Below are positions 20,349-29,985 of a stretch of 64,000 bases of DNA, one piece after another; within the stretch, counting starts at the first letter, position 1; the number at the start of each line of letters is the position of its first letter. The notes below the pieces were generated by a model. It worked only from the letters and a program-made list of their open reading frames with translations, made no database searches and was not told where the DNA came from. The DNA is from an uncultured Bacilli bacterium (GTDB taxonomy: Bacteria > Bacillota_I > Bacilli_A > RF39 > UBA660): contig CANQKO010000004.1 in NCBI GenBank assembly GCA_947624505.1, positions 4,666 to 68,665 on the forward strand, given 5' to 3'. Position numbers and translations under genes: made by a program.

Positions 20349-20371
20349 AAGAGTAGTAATACTCTTTTTTT
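20349..20371 (+). terminator. rho-independent terminator after rpmF
   Basis: AAGAGTA-gtaa-TACTCTT hairpin followed by a T-run. Confidence 0.6.
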
Positions 20372-20454
20372 AATGTCTCCTTAATTGACAAAAAACAACA
20401 ATTATTTTATTATTAATTTGATACTAGAGAGTAGTATCAAGAGGAGTTAAGTTT

Positions 20455-22623
20455 ATGAAAATTAAGAGAGTCTATGGGCTAATTGCACCCATATTGTTTA
20501 TTATGGAACTCTGTTCCATAATTTTAGTAATGCAGAATTACAATAATAAAGATAAGCTAGAGGTATATAAAACCGAAAAAACATATACAAGTGGCTTTGC
20601 AATGTACAAGCAAAGAACAGATAAAACATATGAAGAGATAAATGATACAGCATTTCCTACAAGTGGTTATTTATTAAATAATGAACAAAGTAAATGTTAT
20701 GGGTATGATAATAAACCAATAACACCAATACCTGTTACACAAGGATTAACAAAAGGAAGTATAGATGGAAGAGTAACAATAGAAAGTAGTAATACGATTT
20801 ATTGTGTATTGTATTTTGATTTAGATAATAAAGTACCAGAAGTAAATGAATTTAGTATAACCGGAAAGACAAGTAGTGGTACTATATTAAATAATGGTTA
20901 TACCTATCAAACAGATAATATACCATATACATTAGAATATGTTGATACAGATGTAACACAATATTGTATAAGTAATACAAGTGAATGTACAGAATGGAAA
21001 GAAATAAGTGAAAAAATAGATACATTAACCATAGATAATTCTGATGGAGAAAAAACAATGTATATATATTTAAAAGATAAAGCCAATAATGTATCAGTAA
21101 CAACAACTAAATCAACAGCAAAGATAATAGTAGATCAAACAAAACCAGTAATAAATACTTTCACCTTAACAGGAACAGCAGATGAAGGACAACAATTAAG
21201 TGATAGTTCACAATATACTCATACAAATAATATAACATATAATGCAACAATAACCGAGAGTAATATATCTGAGTATTGTGTATATGAAGATAATTGTAGT
21301 TATACAAGTTTAACATCAACAACATTAACAAATCAAAATTATACATTAAAAGATACAGAAGGAAGTCATACAGTTAATATAAGAGTAAAAGATAAAGCAG
21401 GAAATGAATCAGCTGTAGAAACCAAAAGTATAACATTAGATAAAACAAATCCAGTGGCAACCATTTCATCTAGTTCTAAAGATACAAGTAGTATAACAGT
21501 AACAGTAGGTTATAGTGGAAATGACTCAATAATAGGAAGACAATGTAGAATAAGTAATGGAAGTTGGGTAACAGCATCTAATACAAATGGAAGTTGTACA
21601 ATAAGTAATTTAAAAGATGGAACACAATATACCATAGAAGGAAGAGTAAGAGATGCATCAGGAAGATGGAATACAACATACCCAAGTGTTAATGTAACAA
21701 CAGATAAAAAAGAAATAACGGGAAGTTATTTATATAGTAATCCACCAAAAGGATTAACGACAACTAAATTAGGAGGAATGAAGAGATTTGTAGGACAATG
21801 TGATGCAGCTGATGGTTCTTGTTCAAATGTGGTCGACAATTTCGTGTGTTTCGGATATACTGCTGAATCAGAATGTGCAGCACCAGTGAGCGAAAACGAT
21901 TACTTATATCGTATAATTGGAATTACGAGCAATGGAAGAATGAAATTAATTAAGAATAAACCGTTGAGTGGAAGTTTTGTTTGGGACAGTAACTCTAGAA
22001 GTAATATAACTTGGCCAAATAGCGAGTTATTTAGTAAGTTGAATGGAAACGAATTCTTAACGAATTTATCTTCTAATTGGGTAGATAAAATAGTACTGAC
22101 GTCTTGGTTATATGGAAATTATCGTGATGGTCTCAGTACCACTGATCATAACTACGACAATGAGACGGCAATTAACCAGTACTACGTGGAAACCGGCCAA
22201 CGAGAGGTAATGGGAGGTAGTGGAGATCCCGTGGGTGGATCAATGTCGAGGTGGACTTTGAGTGCTCCCGGTAGAGTTAGTCTGATGACACCGAGTGATT
22301 TTACGTTCGCAGCGTATGGTCTAGGAACAAAGAGGTGTATCGCTGGGGTGCCGTGTGAGAAAAGCTGGATGCATGTTGGGAATAATGGTTGTTCGCAAAC
22401 TTATCCAGAAGGTCTTTTCAGAGAATGGACAATGGTTCGTGAAGGGTATGTGTCAGAAATTTTTCAGTATTCTGTGGTAGCGGAGCACGTCCGTGGTGGA
22501 TATGCGACAGGGGGCGTGACTACTGAAGTTGGTATAGTGAGACCGGTCTTCTTCCTTTCTCCAACAACTGTGATTTCCTCTGGTTCTGGAACTTCAACAG
22601 ATCCTTATATTATAAGCAAATAA
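20455..22623 (+). CDS. large secreted/anchored surface protein with Ig-like repeats and a compositionally foreign C-terminal domain
   Basis: N-terminal hydrophobic anchor. Three modules end in KDKA(N/G)N(V/E)S-type strands. The C-terminal ~280 aa end in GIVRPVFFL (reminiscent of DUF6273-type domains, from memory). Sharp GC jump near 21790. Confidence 0.7.
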   Translation: MKIKRVYGLIAPILFIMELCSIILVMQNYNNKDKLEVYKTEKTYTSGFAMYKQRTDKTYEEINDTAFPTSGYLLNNEQSKCYGYDNKPITPIPVTQGLTKGSIDGRVTIESSNTIYCVLYFDLDNKVPEVNEFSITGKTSSGTILNNGYTYQTDNIPYTLEYVDTDVTQYCISNTSECTEWKEISEKIDTLTIDNSDGEKTMYIYLKDKANNVSVTTTKSTAKIIVDQTKPVINTFTLTGTADEGQQLSDSSQYTHTNNITYNATITESNISEYCVYEDNCSYTSLTSTTLTNQNYTLKDTEGSHTVNIRVKDKAGNESAVETKSITLDKTNPVATISSSSKDTSSITVTVGYSGNDSIIGRQCRISNGSWVTASNTNGSCTISNLKDGTQYTIEGRVRDASGRWNTTYPSVNVTTDKKEITGSYLYSNPPKGLTTTKLGGMKRFVGQCDAADGSCSNVVDNFVCFGYTAESECAAPVSENDYLYRIIGITSNGRMKLIKNKPLSGSFVWDSNSRSNITWPNSELFSKLNGNEFLTNLSSNWVDKIVLTSWLYGNYRDGLSTTDHNYDNETAINQYYVETGQREVMGGSGDPVGGSMSRWTLSAPGRVSLMTPSDFTFAAYGLGTKRCIAGVPCEKSWMHVGNNGCSQTYPEGLFREWTMVREGYVSEIFQYSVVAEHVRGGYATGGVTTEVGIVRPVFFLSPTTVISSGSGTSTDPYIISK

Positions 22624-22649
22624 ATTATTATTAAAGAATAATGTTATAA

Positions 22650-22680
22650 AGTAATATTGAAAAAGATATTACTTTTTCTT
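22650..22680 (+). terminator. rho-independent terminator
   Basis: AGTAATAT-8 nt loop-ATATTACT hairpin followed by TTTT. Confidence 0.6.
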
Positions 22681-22731
22681 TACAAAAAAATGTCAAGAGA
22701 AAAAATTAAGACAAATATTTGGGAATATTTA

Positions 22732-22760
22732 TTTACAATTGGCAATTATTAAAGTATAAT
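22732..22760 (+). promoter_or_regulatory. Pmra promoter (TTTACA-17-TATAAT)
   Basis: TTTACA at 22732-22737, 17-nt spacer, TATAAT at 22755-22760, about 45 nt upstream of mraZ. Confidence 0.6.
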
Positions 22761-22761
22761 A

Positions 22762-22795
22762 GTGGTAGACAGTGGATATCTGTGGCAGAAAGTGG
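22762..22795 (+). promoter_or_regulatory. four GTGG direct repeats at exact 10-bp phasing (probable MraZ operator)
   Basis: GTGG at 22762, 22772, 22782 and 22792 (aGTGGtagac aGTGGatatc tGTGGcagaa aGTGGgggat), between the -10 box and the mraZ start. Confidence 0.6.
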
Positions 22796-22804
22796 GGGAT
22801 GTAA

Positions 22805-23245
22805 ATGTTCATTGGTGAGTATCATCATAATATTGATGAAAAAGGGCGGATTGTTCTACCTGGAAAATTTAGAAATAATGATATGACAAAGATCGTTGTA
22901 ACGCGTGGACTAGAAAAGTGCCTTTATTTGTACACCGTTGAAGATTGGGAAAAAGTTGTTTCTAAATTAAATACTTTACCTTTTACTAAAAAGGATGCCA
23001 GAACATTTATGAGATCATTTTTTGCCGGAGCCTCTGTATGCGAATTCGACAAAATGGGTCGAATCAATATTACCTCCCCGCTGGTTAGCTACGCCAATCT
23101 AACAAAAGAATGTGTTGTGATTGGCGTAAATGACCGCATTGAAATCTGGAACGAGGAAGAATATAACAATTATATGAATGAAAATTCATCTAAATTAGAA
23201 GAAATTGCTGAACACTTATTTGAGGTATCTAATGAAACATTATAG
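22805..23245 (+). CDS. mraZ: transcriptional regulator MraZ
   Basis: MFIGEYHHNIDEKGRIVLP N-terminus and a second DKMGRI SpoVT-AbrB-like repeat. Confidence 0.95.
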   Translation: MFIGEYHHNIDEKGRIVLPGKFRNNDMTKIVVTRGLEKCLYLYTVEDWEKVVSKLNTLPFTKKDARTFMRSFFAGASVCEFDKMGRINITSPLVSYANLTKECVVIGVNDRIEIWNEEEYNNYMNENSSKLEEIAEHLFEVSNETL

Positions 23246-24158
23246 TGTAATGAAAAATGAAGTTATTGATAACTTAAACATTAAAGCTAATGGAATCTAT
23301 GTTGATGCTACCCTTGGGTATGCTGGGATGAGTCTAGAAATTTTAAAAAGACTTAACAAGGATGGTTTACTTATCGGTATAGATCAAGATGAAGAAGCAA
23401 GAAATTATTCTAAAGTTATTCTAGATGAGGTAGGGAGTAATTATCAAATATTACCAATTAATTTTAAAGATATGCAAAAATATTTAAAAGAAATGGGTAT
23501 AGAAAAAGTTGATGGTGTAATATTTGATTTAGGGTTTTCATCACCACAAGTGGATGATGGAAAACGAGGATTTTCTTTTATGGTTGATGCACCACTTGAT
23601 ATGCGGATGAACTTAGATAATGAATTAACAGCAAGAGATATTGTGAATAATTATAGTGAAGAAGAATTAACTAAATATTTTTATAAATATGGAGAAGAAA
23701 AGTTATCAAAAGTTATAAGCAAAGAAATAATAAAGAAAAGAAAAGAAAAAAAGATTGAGACAACATTAGAATTGGTTGAAATTATTAAAAGTTCTGTTGG
23801 AGCTAATTATTTTTTTAAAAATCATCCGGAAAGAAAAATATTTCAAGCCTTAAGAATATTAGTAAATGATGAATTAAACGTTTTAGAAAGCGTTTTACCA
23901 GATGCTATTAAAATGCTTAATAAAGGTGGAAGAATATGTGTTATAACATTCCATTCTTTAGAAGATAGGATAGTTAAAAATATTTTTAAAAAATATAGTG
24001 AAGTACCAGACATAGTAAAGGGACTTCCTAGTATTCCTGAAGAATATAAACCAATTATTAAATTAATAAATAAAAAACCAATAATAGCTAGTGATAAAGA
24101 ATTAAGTGAAAATAGTCGAAGTCATAGTGCTAAACTTCGCGTTATAGAAAGGATATAA
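23232..24158 (+). CDS. rsmH: 16S rRNA (cytosine1402-N4)-methyltransferase RsmH
   Basis: HYSVMKNEV, GVIFDLGFSSPQVD, ITFHSLEDRIVK. ATG 23232 follows GAGG and overlaps the mraZ end. Confidence 0.93.
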   Translation: MKHYSVMKNEVIDNLNIKANGIYVDATLGYAGMSLEILKRLNKDGLLIGIDQDEEARNYSKVILDEVGSNYQILPINFKDMQKYLKEMGIEKVDGVIFDLGFSSPQVDDGKRGFSFMVDAPLDMRMNLDNELTARDIVNNYSEEELTKYFYKYGEEKLSKVISKEIIKKRKEKKIETTLELVEIIKSSVGANYFFKNHPERKIFQALRILVNDELNVLESVLPDAIKMLNKGGRICVITFHSLEDRIVKNIFKKYSEVPDIVKGLPSIPEEYKPIIKLINKKPIIASDKELSENSRSHSAKLRVIERI

Positions 24159-24160
24159 TT

Positions 24161-24481
24161 ATGAGTAATAAAAGAAAAATACATTATAAATATTTAAAAG
24201 GAGAAAAATTTATGTATGTTTTAATTATGCTATTAATTATTGCAATTCCAACTGTTAATATCTTTACCAAAGCATTATTATCTAAAACTATCATTGAAAC
24301 TGAAAATATTCAAGATAAGATTAATAAACAAGAAAATATAAATGAAGGATTATCTATGCAAAAAGATGAACTTGTAAGTATGGAAAATATTCAAAAAGTA
24401 GCATCAGAGTATGGGCTTTCTTATCGTAGTGATAATATTGTTAAAGTTACTTATGATGAAGAATTAAATAGTGAAAACTAG
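24161..24481 (+). CDS. ftsL: cell division protein FtsL
   Basis: 106-aa bitopic protein: TM helix, coiled coil, then IQKVASEYGL. Sits in the canonical position after rsmH. Confidence 0.7.
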   Translation: MSNKRKIHYKYLKGEKFMYVLIMLLIIAIPTVNIFTKALLSKTIIETENIQDKINKQENINEGLSMQKDELVSMENIQKVASEYGLSYRSDNIVKVTYDEELNSEN

Positions 24482-24491
24482 GAGGTAAATA

Positions 24492-26624
24492 ATGAGAAAA
24501 GTTACAGTAAAAATTCCAAGAATTCTTATTTTTATTGTGACTTTTCTTTTTATTGCTATAATAATTAGATTATCATATGTGGCCTTAAGCCCTAATATTG
24601 ATGGCATTAATTTAAAAGAATTTGCCAGTAATAGAAATACTAAAGAAGAAGCTATTTATGCTAAAAGAGGAGCAATATATTCAAAAGATGGGAAAACTTT
24701 AGCCTCAATGGTTAATTCTTATACTTTAATTGCTTATCTAGAGCCATCTAGAACAAAAGACGCTAGTGATCCCCAACATGTAGTTGATAAAGAAGGAACA
24801 GCTAAAATATTAAGTGAAAAATTGGGATTATCATATGATTATTTATTGGAAAGATTAAATACAGATGCTTATCAAGTAGAATTTGTGGGAGCTAAAAATA
24901 TATCTGAGTCAAAGAAAAATGAAATAGAAGCATTAAAGTTACCAGGAATTGGTTTTCTTGTTAGTCAAAAAAGAAATTATCCAATGGGTTCATTTGCCTC
25001 ATATATCTTAGGTTATGCCAAAAAAGATGAAGATGGGGAAATTATCGGAGAATTAGGAATAGAAAATGCTTATAATGATATATTAAAAGGAGAAGATGGT
25101 AAACTTACTTATGAAACTGATGCTTATGGTTATCGTCTTCCTAGTGCTAATGTGCAAAAAGAAGAAGCTGTTGAAGGTGATGAGATATATTTAACAATTG
25201 ATAGTAAGATACAATTATTTGCTGAAGATGTTACGGATAACTTAGCTAAAACTCTAACTGATGCAGTAAGTAAAAAAGTTAAAATGGATTGGATGATTTT
25301 TACGGTAATGGATGCTAAAACAGGAGCAATAGTGGCTAGTAGTACTTATCCTGATTTTAATCCTAATGATTTAAGCAGTCTAAAAAATTATGTTAATCCT
25401 TTAGTAAGTTATCCTTATGAACCAGGAAGTGTTATGAAAGTATTTACTTGGGCATCCGCCATTGAAAATGGTGTTTATGATGGTTCAACTGAATATTTAT
25501 CTGGTAAAATTAAAGTAGGTGATTATACTATCAAAGATCACATTGGTGAACAAGGATGGGGAACAATAACTTATGATGAAGGTTTTGCTAAATCTTCCAA
25601 TGTAGCAGCGACTTTAATATCAAGAGGCCTTGGGGCAAATAACTTAAAAAATTATTTATCAGAACTTGGTTTTGGTAAAAGAACTGGTATTGAATTATTT
25701 AATAAGAGTGATAAAGATGATGAACCGGCGGGGACAATTGATTTTCGAGGTGAAGTAGGTCTTGCTACCGCTTCATTTGGTCAAGGTATTATGGTTACCC
25801 CTATTCAAATGTTACAAGGACTCACGGCAATTACTAATGATGGAACAGTCATTAAACCTTATATTGTTGATAAAATAGTTAATGGTAATAATGAAGTCAT
25901 CTATCAAGGGGGAAGAGAAGAGTTAAATAAAGTTTATTCTAAAGAAACAGTAGAACAAATGAAAGATTTAATGTATGAAGTAGTTTATCATGGTTCATCT
26001 GGTGGTATTTGGAAATCTAAAAAAACAACCATTATTGGTAAAACGGGAACAGCACAAATTGGTAGTGCTAATGGTTATCTTACCGGTCATTATGATTATA
26101 TTCAAAGTTTTGCAGGCATTTTCCCAAAAGAAGATCCTCAATATATTTTCTATGTTGCCGCTGAAAAAGCACAAACTAACGCTGGAACAATAGCTAAAGA
26201 AGTTATTAAAGCTGTTGATAATATTGTATCTTATATGGGCCTTGAAGAAAAAGAAGATGATGTATCTAATTTAACCTTTAAGTTAGATAATTATATAAGT
26301 AATGATGTAACTACTACTAAAGAAGAATTAAAAAATAAAAAATTACAAGTTTATGTTTTAGGAAGTGGTAAATATATTACTAATCAATATCCTTTAAAAG
26401 ATATGAAAGTTTTAGAAGGTAGTAAAGTATTTTTAACTACTAATTCAGATGATTATAAATTAGAAGATTTAACCAATTGGAGTTTAAATGAAGTTAAAAC
26501 TTATGCTAACTTACTAGGAATAAACTTAGAAGTTGAAGGATCAGGAAAAGTAATTAGTCAAAGTATTGCTAAAAATACTTTAGTAAATAAAAATACAACT
26601 TTAAAAGTTGTACTTAGTAAATAA
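24492..26624 (+). CDS. class B penicillin-binding protein, PBP2B/FtsI-like, two PASTA domains
   Basis: TM anchor, SXXK (EPGSVMK), SXN (KSSN), KTG (GKTGTA). Two C-terminal PASTA-like modules. Confidence 0.88.
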   Translation: MRKVTVKIPRILIFIVTFLFIAIIIRLSYVALSPNIDGINLKEFASNRNTKEEAIYAKRGAIYSKDGKTLASMVNSYTLIAYLEPSRTKDASDPQHVVDKEGTAKILSEKLGLSYDYLLERLNTDAYQVEFVGAKNISESKKNEIEALKLPGIGFLVSQKRNYPMGSFASYILGYAKKDEDGEIIGELGIENAYNDILKGEDGKLTYETDAYGYRLPSANVQKEEAVEGDEIYLTIDSKIQLFAEDVTDNLAKTLTDAVSKKVKMDWMIFTVMDAKTGAIVASSTYPDFNPNDLSSLKNYVNPLVSYPYEPGSVMKVFTWASAIENGVYDGSTEYLSGKIKVGDYTIKDHIGEQGWGTITYDEGFAKSSNVAATLISRGLGANNLKNYLSELGFGKRTGIELFNKSDKDDEPAGTIDFRGEVGLATASFGQGIMVTPIQMLQGLTAITNDGTVIKPYIVDKIVNGNNEVIYQGGREELNKVYSKETVEQMKDLMYEVVYHGSSGGIWKSKKTTIIGKTGTAQIGSANGYLTGHYDYIQSFAGIFPKEDPQYIFYVAAEKAQTNAGTIAKEVIKAVDNIVSYMGLEEKEDDVSNLTFKLDNYISNDVTTTKEELKNKKLQVYVLGSGKYITNQYPLKDMKVLEGSKVFLTTNSDDYKLEDLTNWSLNEVKTYANLLGINLEVEGSGKVISQSIAKNTLVNKNTTLKVVLSK

Positions 26625-26744
26625 CTAAAAACGTTTTAATTTAGGACTATTTTGTTCTTTATTTAAGGAATTAAATAATTGGACAAAATAGTTCATTTCA
26701 TTTTAATTATTATCTAATAAGTAAAAGATATTTAAAAGTTTAAA

Positions 26745-27827
26745 TTAACTATTCTTACTGATATTTAGTAATATTCCAATTGAGGCCATACTGACAAGCA
26801 AACTTGATCCCCCATAAGATAAGAAGGGAAGAGTAACACCAGTTACGGGAATAAGACCAACGACAACCATTAAATTTAAAACAGCTTGAATAATAAGACC
26901 AAAAGACAACCCAAAGGCTAAAAATTTACCAAATAAATCTTTGCTTTTTAAGGAAATCGTCATCCCCCGATAGAAGATAATAAAAAATAAACTACTCACA
27001 ATTAAGATACCTAAGAAACCTAATTCTTCACTAATAATAGAAAAGATAAAATCAGTTTGGGGTTCTGGTAAATAAAAATATTTTTGTCTTGATTTTAAAA
27101 ATCCTTGTCCTAACAAGCCACCAGGACCAATGGCATATAGACTTTGAAGTATTTGATACCCACTTCCTAAGGGGTCACTCCAAGGATTAAGAAAACTAAC
27201 GATTCTTTTCATTCGGTAAGGAGCAGCGATAATGATGCTTACTATACCTAGTAAACCAAGAAGACCAATTTTGACAAAGAAAGATATATTAACACCACTA
27301 GTAAAAATTAACACAACTAAAGTGATGACGATAACCATTGCGGTTCCAAAATCTGGTTCCATCATAATGATAAGAAAGAAAAAAGCAATAACTCCTAAAA
27401 TAGGTAAAACACCCTTGGTAATACTTTTCATTGTTTTTTTATTATTAGTTAAATATTTAGAAACATAAATAATCAACCCAATTTTCGCAAATTCACTTGG
27501 CTGGATTCCTAAAGAACCGATCCCAAACCAACTTCTAGAACCATTTCTAATACTACCTATACCAGGAATTAAAACAAGTATTAATAAAGTAGCACAAATA
27601 ATTAAGATAATATTAGCATATTTATAATAGATATGATAATCTAATTTAGTTAAGAAATACATTATAACTAAACCGATTAAAAAGAAAATTGTTTGCATTT
27701 TAACAAATTTATATGGATCTTGAAATTTATATTCTGCCCAAACAAAACTAGCTGAATAAATCATTACAAGCCCAAATATTGCTATTAAAAGACAAACAAT
27801 TAATAAAGGTTTATCAATCTTTTTCAA
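26745..27827 (-). CDS. SEDS family peptidoglycan polymerase (FtsW/SpoVE/RodA family)
   Basis: Ten TM segments, RNGSRSWF, PEPQTDFIFS, LPFLSYGGSS motifs. Lies downstream of mraY on the minus strand. Confidence 0.88.
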   Translation of the reverse strand: MKKIDKPLLIVCLLIAIFGLVMIYSASFVWAEYKFQDPYKFVKMQTIFFLIGLVIMYFLTKLDYHIYYKYANIILIICATLLILVLIPGIGSIRNGSRSWFGIGSLGIQPSEFAKIGLIIYVSKYLTNNKKTMKSITKGVLPILGVIAFFFLIIMMEPDFGTAMVIVITLVVLIFTSGVNISFFVKIGLLGLLGIVSIIIAAPYRMKRIVSFLNPWSDPLGSGYQILQSLYAIGPGGLLGQGFLKSRQKYFYLPEPQTDFIFSIISEELGFLGILIVSSLFFIIFYRGMTISLKSKDLFGKFLAFGLSFGLIIQAVLNLMVVVGLIPVTGVTLPFLSYGGSSLLVSMASIGILLNISKNS

Positions 27828-27850
27828 AACCCCAACCCCCTAAATATATT

Positions 27851-28843
27851 TTATAACCAAACTCCGTAAGTAATCGCTGCCATTGCGAGTAACAACCCAA
27901 CCACATAGAATAATTTTATAATATCACTTTCATTCCATTTTAATTCTTCGAAATGGTGATGCAGTGGAGCTTTTAAAAATACTTTTTTATGAAATTCTCT
28001 AATACCAATAATTTGAATAAAACTACTTAATGTTTCAATAACAAAGACCCCGCCAATAATTGCTAAAGATAATTCGTGTCTTGTTAGAATAGCAATAGTT
28101 GCTAAAGCACCTCCTAAGGAAAGTGAACCTAAATCCCCCATAAATACTTTAGCTGGATGAGAGTTAAAGACTAGAAAGCCAAGAAGAGCACCAACAATTA
28201 AGAAACAAAAGATAGCTATTTCTTGATATCCTTCAAGCCAACCACAATTCCAAGAGATAATACCATAAGCAAGAAAAGCAATGGCGGAAAGTCCTGCACA
28301 TAGTCCATCAAGCCCATCCGTAATATTAACTGCATTAGTAGTACCTACTAATAAGAAGAGAATAAATAAACCAAAGGTCCAACCTAATGGAATAATTAAA
28401 TTTAAGGCTGTAAATTCTATTGTTGAAGAACCACCACTTCGCATAAAGAAGTAAAAGAATACTAAAGCAATAATAACTTGAATTAAAAATTTAGTAACTA
28501 AGCTTAAACCGGCATTATTTTTATATTTAACTTTTAAAAAGTCATCAACTCCCCCTAAAATAGCATAGGCAAGAAAGACAAAAATTAGAATAAAGATATT
28601 AAAACTCAGTTCAATACTGCCATTTATGTAGAGGAGTATTAAAGAAAGAATAACCGGAATGATAAAAATAATTCCGCCCATTGTGGGTGTTCCTTCTTTT
28701 TTTAAATGCCTTTTATTGATATCGCGACTAACGCTTTGGCCAATATGAAATTTTTTTAAAATAGGAATAAAGATTAGTCCACAAGATATGGCTAGGGTAA
28801 AACCTAACATCATTGCCATTGCCGCTTTTGCTAGAATTAACAT
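27851..28843 (-). CDS. mraY: phospho-N-acetylmuramoyl-pentapeptide transferase MraY
   Basis: PTMGGIIF, NAVNITDGLDGL, FMGDLGSLSLGG, APLHHHFE motifs. Confidence 0.95.
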   Translation of the reverse strand: MLILAKAAMAMMLGFTLAISCGLIFIPILKKFHIGQSVSRDINKRHLKKEGTPTMGGIIFIIPVILSLILLYINGSIELSFNIFILIFVFLAYAILGGVDDFLKVKYKNNAGLSLVTKFLIQVIIALVFFYFFMRSGGSSTIEFTALNLIIPLGWTFGLFILFLLVGTTNAVNITDGLDGLCAGLSAIAFLAYGIISWNCGWLEGYQEIAIFCFLIVGALLGFLVFNSHPAKVFMGDLGSLSLGGALATIAILTRHELSLAIIGGVFVIETLSSFIQIIGIREFHKKVFLKAPLHHHFEELKWNESDIIKLFYVVGLLLAMAAITYGVWL

Positions 28844-28924
28844 AAGTAATTCACCTCTTTTTAATTATACAACATCGTTGTAGCTTTTATTAAAGACGAT
28901 AATAATTATTTACAAAAATTGACA

Positions 28925-29953
28925 TTAGTTTAGTAAAAGAGTTATAGTTGTATCAACGCTTTGAAATGTATTAGCTGCTGGAGACATATAAACAACTTTA
29001 TCACCATTACCACTATATTTAACTTTAAAATCTTTTAAGGCTTTGGTGGCCTCGCTCTTACTCGTTCCTACCACATCAGGGACAACTAAATATTTAACAT
29101 CTAAATAAGAATATTCTTTAAGCATTCCACCACTTTGTTCTTTAATTCCTAATGTTTCTATAGCGCTCATTAGAATACTTCTCGCAATTGGCGCCGAGAC
29201 GGTTCCACCATATTGAGTGACACCTTTAGGATTATCGATAGCAACATAGACAATTACTTCAGGATCATTTGCGGGCAAAAAGCCAATAAAAGAAAGGGTA
29301 TAATTACCAACCATATATTTGCCATCTTTAACTTTTTGCGCCGTTCCAGTTTTACCACCAACACGGTAATTTTCAATGTAAGCATTTTTACCTGTTCCAT
29401 TAGCAACGACACTTTCAAGAGCAAAGCGAGCAGTGGCGGATGTCTCTGGGGAAATAACTCTTCTTTTTTCTTTCGGCTTATTTTCAAAAACAATGGTTTT
29501 ACTTACTTCATCAGTGGTATTCATAACTACATAAGGGGTATATAAAATACCACCATTAATCACAGCAGATACTGCCGTTATTTGTTGAATTGGCGTAACA
29601 CTTATACCTTGGCCAAAAGCGGTAGTGGCAAGTTCTAATGGCCCCATTTTTTCTTCTTTAAATAGAATACCATTTCCTTCACCATTTAAGTCAATACCCG
29701 TTTTACTCCCAAACCCAAAGTTTTTGATATAACTCATTAGTTTTTCTATGCCCAGTTTATTTCCTAAGGAAACAAAACCCGGATTACAAGAATTTTCAAC
29801 TACTTCTAGGTAGGTTTGCGTACCGTGCCCACCTCTTTTCCAACAGTGAAGAGTCCCTCCATCTACACTTATGGCCCCACTATCAGTAAAAGTATCTTTA
29901 AATAAATCAACTGTACCTTCTTCAATGGAAGATGCTAAAGTAATTATTTTAAA
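28925..29953 (-). CDS. SpoVD-like class B PBP, C-terminal fragment (transpeptidase remainder plus one PASTA domain), split by the element
   Basis: Begins ...TFKIITLASSIEEG, i.e. just after the SXXK serine. Contains SXN (SCNPGF), KTG (GKTGTAQK) and one PASTA domain. The annotated MVV start is element-derived sequence. Confidence 0.85.
   Translation of the reverse strand, partial: FKIITLASSIEEGTVDLFKDTFTDSGAISVDGGTLHCWKRGGHGTQTYLEVVENSCNPGFVSLGNKLGIEKLMSYIKNFGFGSKTGIDLNGEGNGILFKEEKMGPLELATTAFGQGISVTPIQQITAVSAVINGGILYTPYVVMNTTDEVSKTIVFENKPKEKRRVISPETSATARFALESVVANGTGKNAYIENYRVGGKTGTAQKVKDGKYMVGNYTLSFIGFLPANDPEVIVYVAIDNPKGVTQYGGTVSAPIARSILMSAIETLGIKEQSGGMLKEYSYLDVKYLVVPDVVGTSKSEATKALKDFKVKYSGNGDKVVYMSPAANTFQSVDTTITLLLN
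29946..29953. repeat. element junction core ATTTTAAA (copy 1)
   Basis: Identical to 33323-33330. The extended match is ATTTTAAAnGT. Confidence 0.8.
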
Positions 29954-29977
29954 CGTCACTACCATTTAGTGACGTTT
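29951..29977. repeat. 11-bp perfect inverted repeat at the element end (AAACGTCACTA-ccatt-TAGTGACGTTT)
   Basis: Read directly. Abuts the core repeat on the element side. Candidate recombinase half-site or a hairpin after the ATPase gene. Confidence 0.7.
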
Positions 29978-29985
29978 AATATTAT

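Noticed and set aside
20419-20443. 9-bp inverted repeat TTGATACTA-gagag-TAGTATCAA just upstream of the surface-protein RBS.
   Set aside because: It could be an operator or a 5'-UTR hairpin. It is a single short palindrome in AT-rich DNA with no second copy or associated regulator in the window, so it is too weak to call.
20882-21346. Two minus-strand ORFs (20882..21106 and 21161..21346) inside the surface-protein gene.
   Set aside because: Their Leu/Tyr/His-rich translations are the complement of the A-rich sense codons. There are no start signals, so they are artefacts of strand composition.
25990-26193. Plus-strand 67-aa ORF nested in the PBP2B gene, and likewise 57658..57885 in the LtaS-family gene.
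   Set aside because: These are out-of-frame overlaps within well-supported long genes, with no independent signals.
29213-29545. Overlapping ORFs on both strands (29213..29545 plus, 29254..29493 minus) within the PBP C-terminal fragment.
   Set aside because: The PBP frame carries the KTG motif and colinear transpeptidase homology. The alternatives are off-frame or antisense reads of the same DNA.
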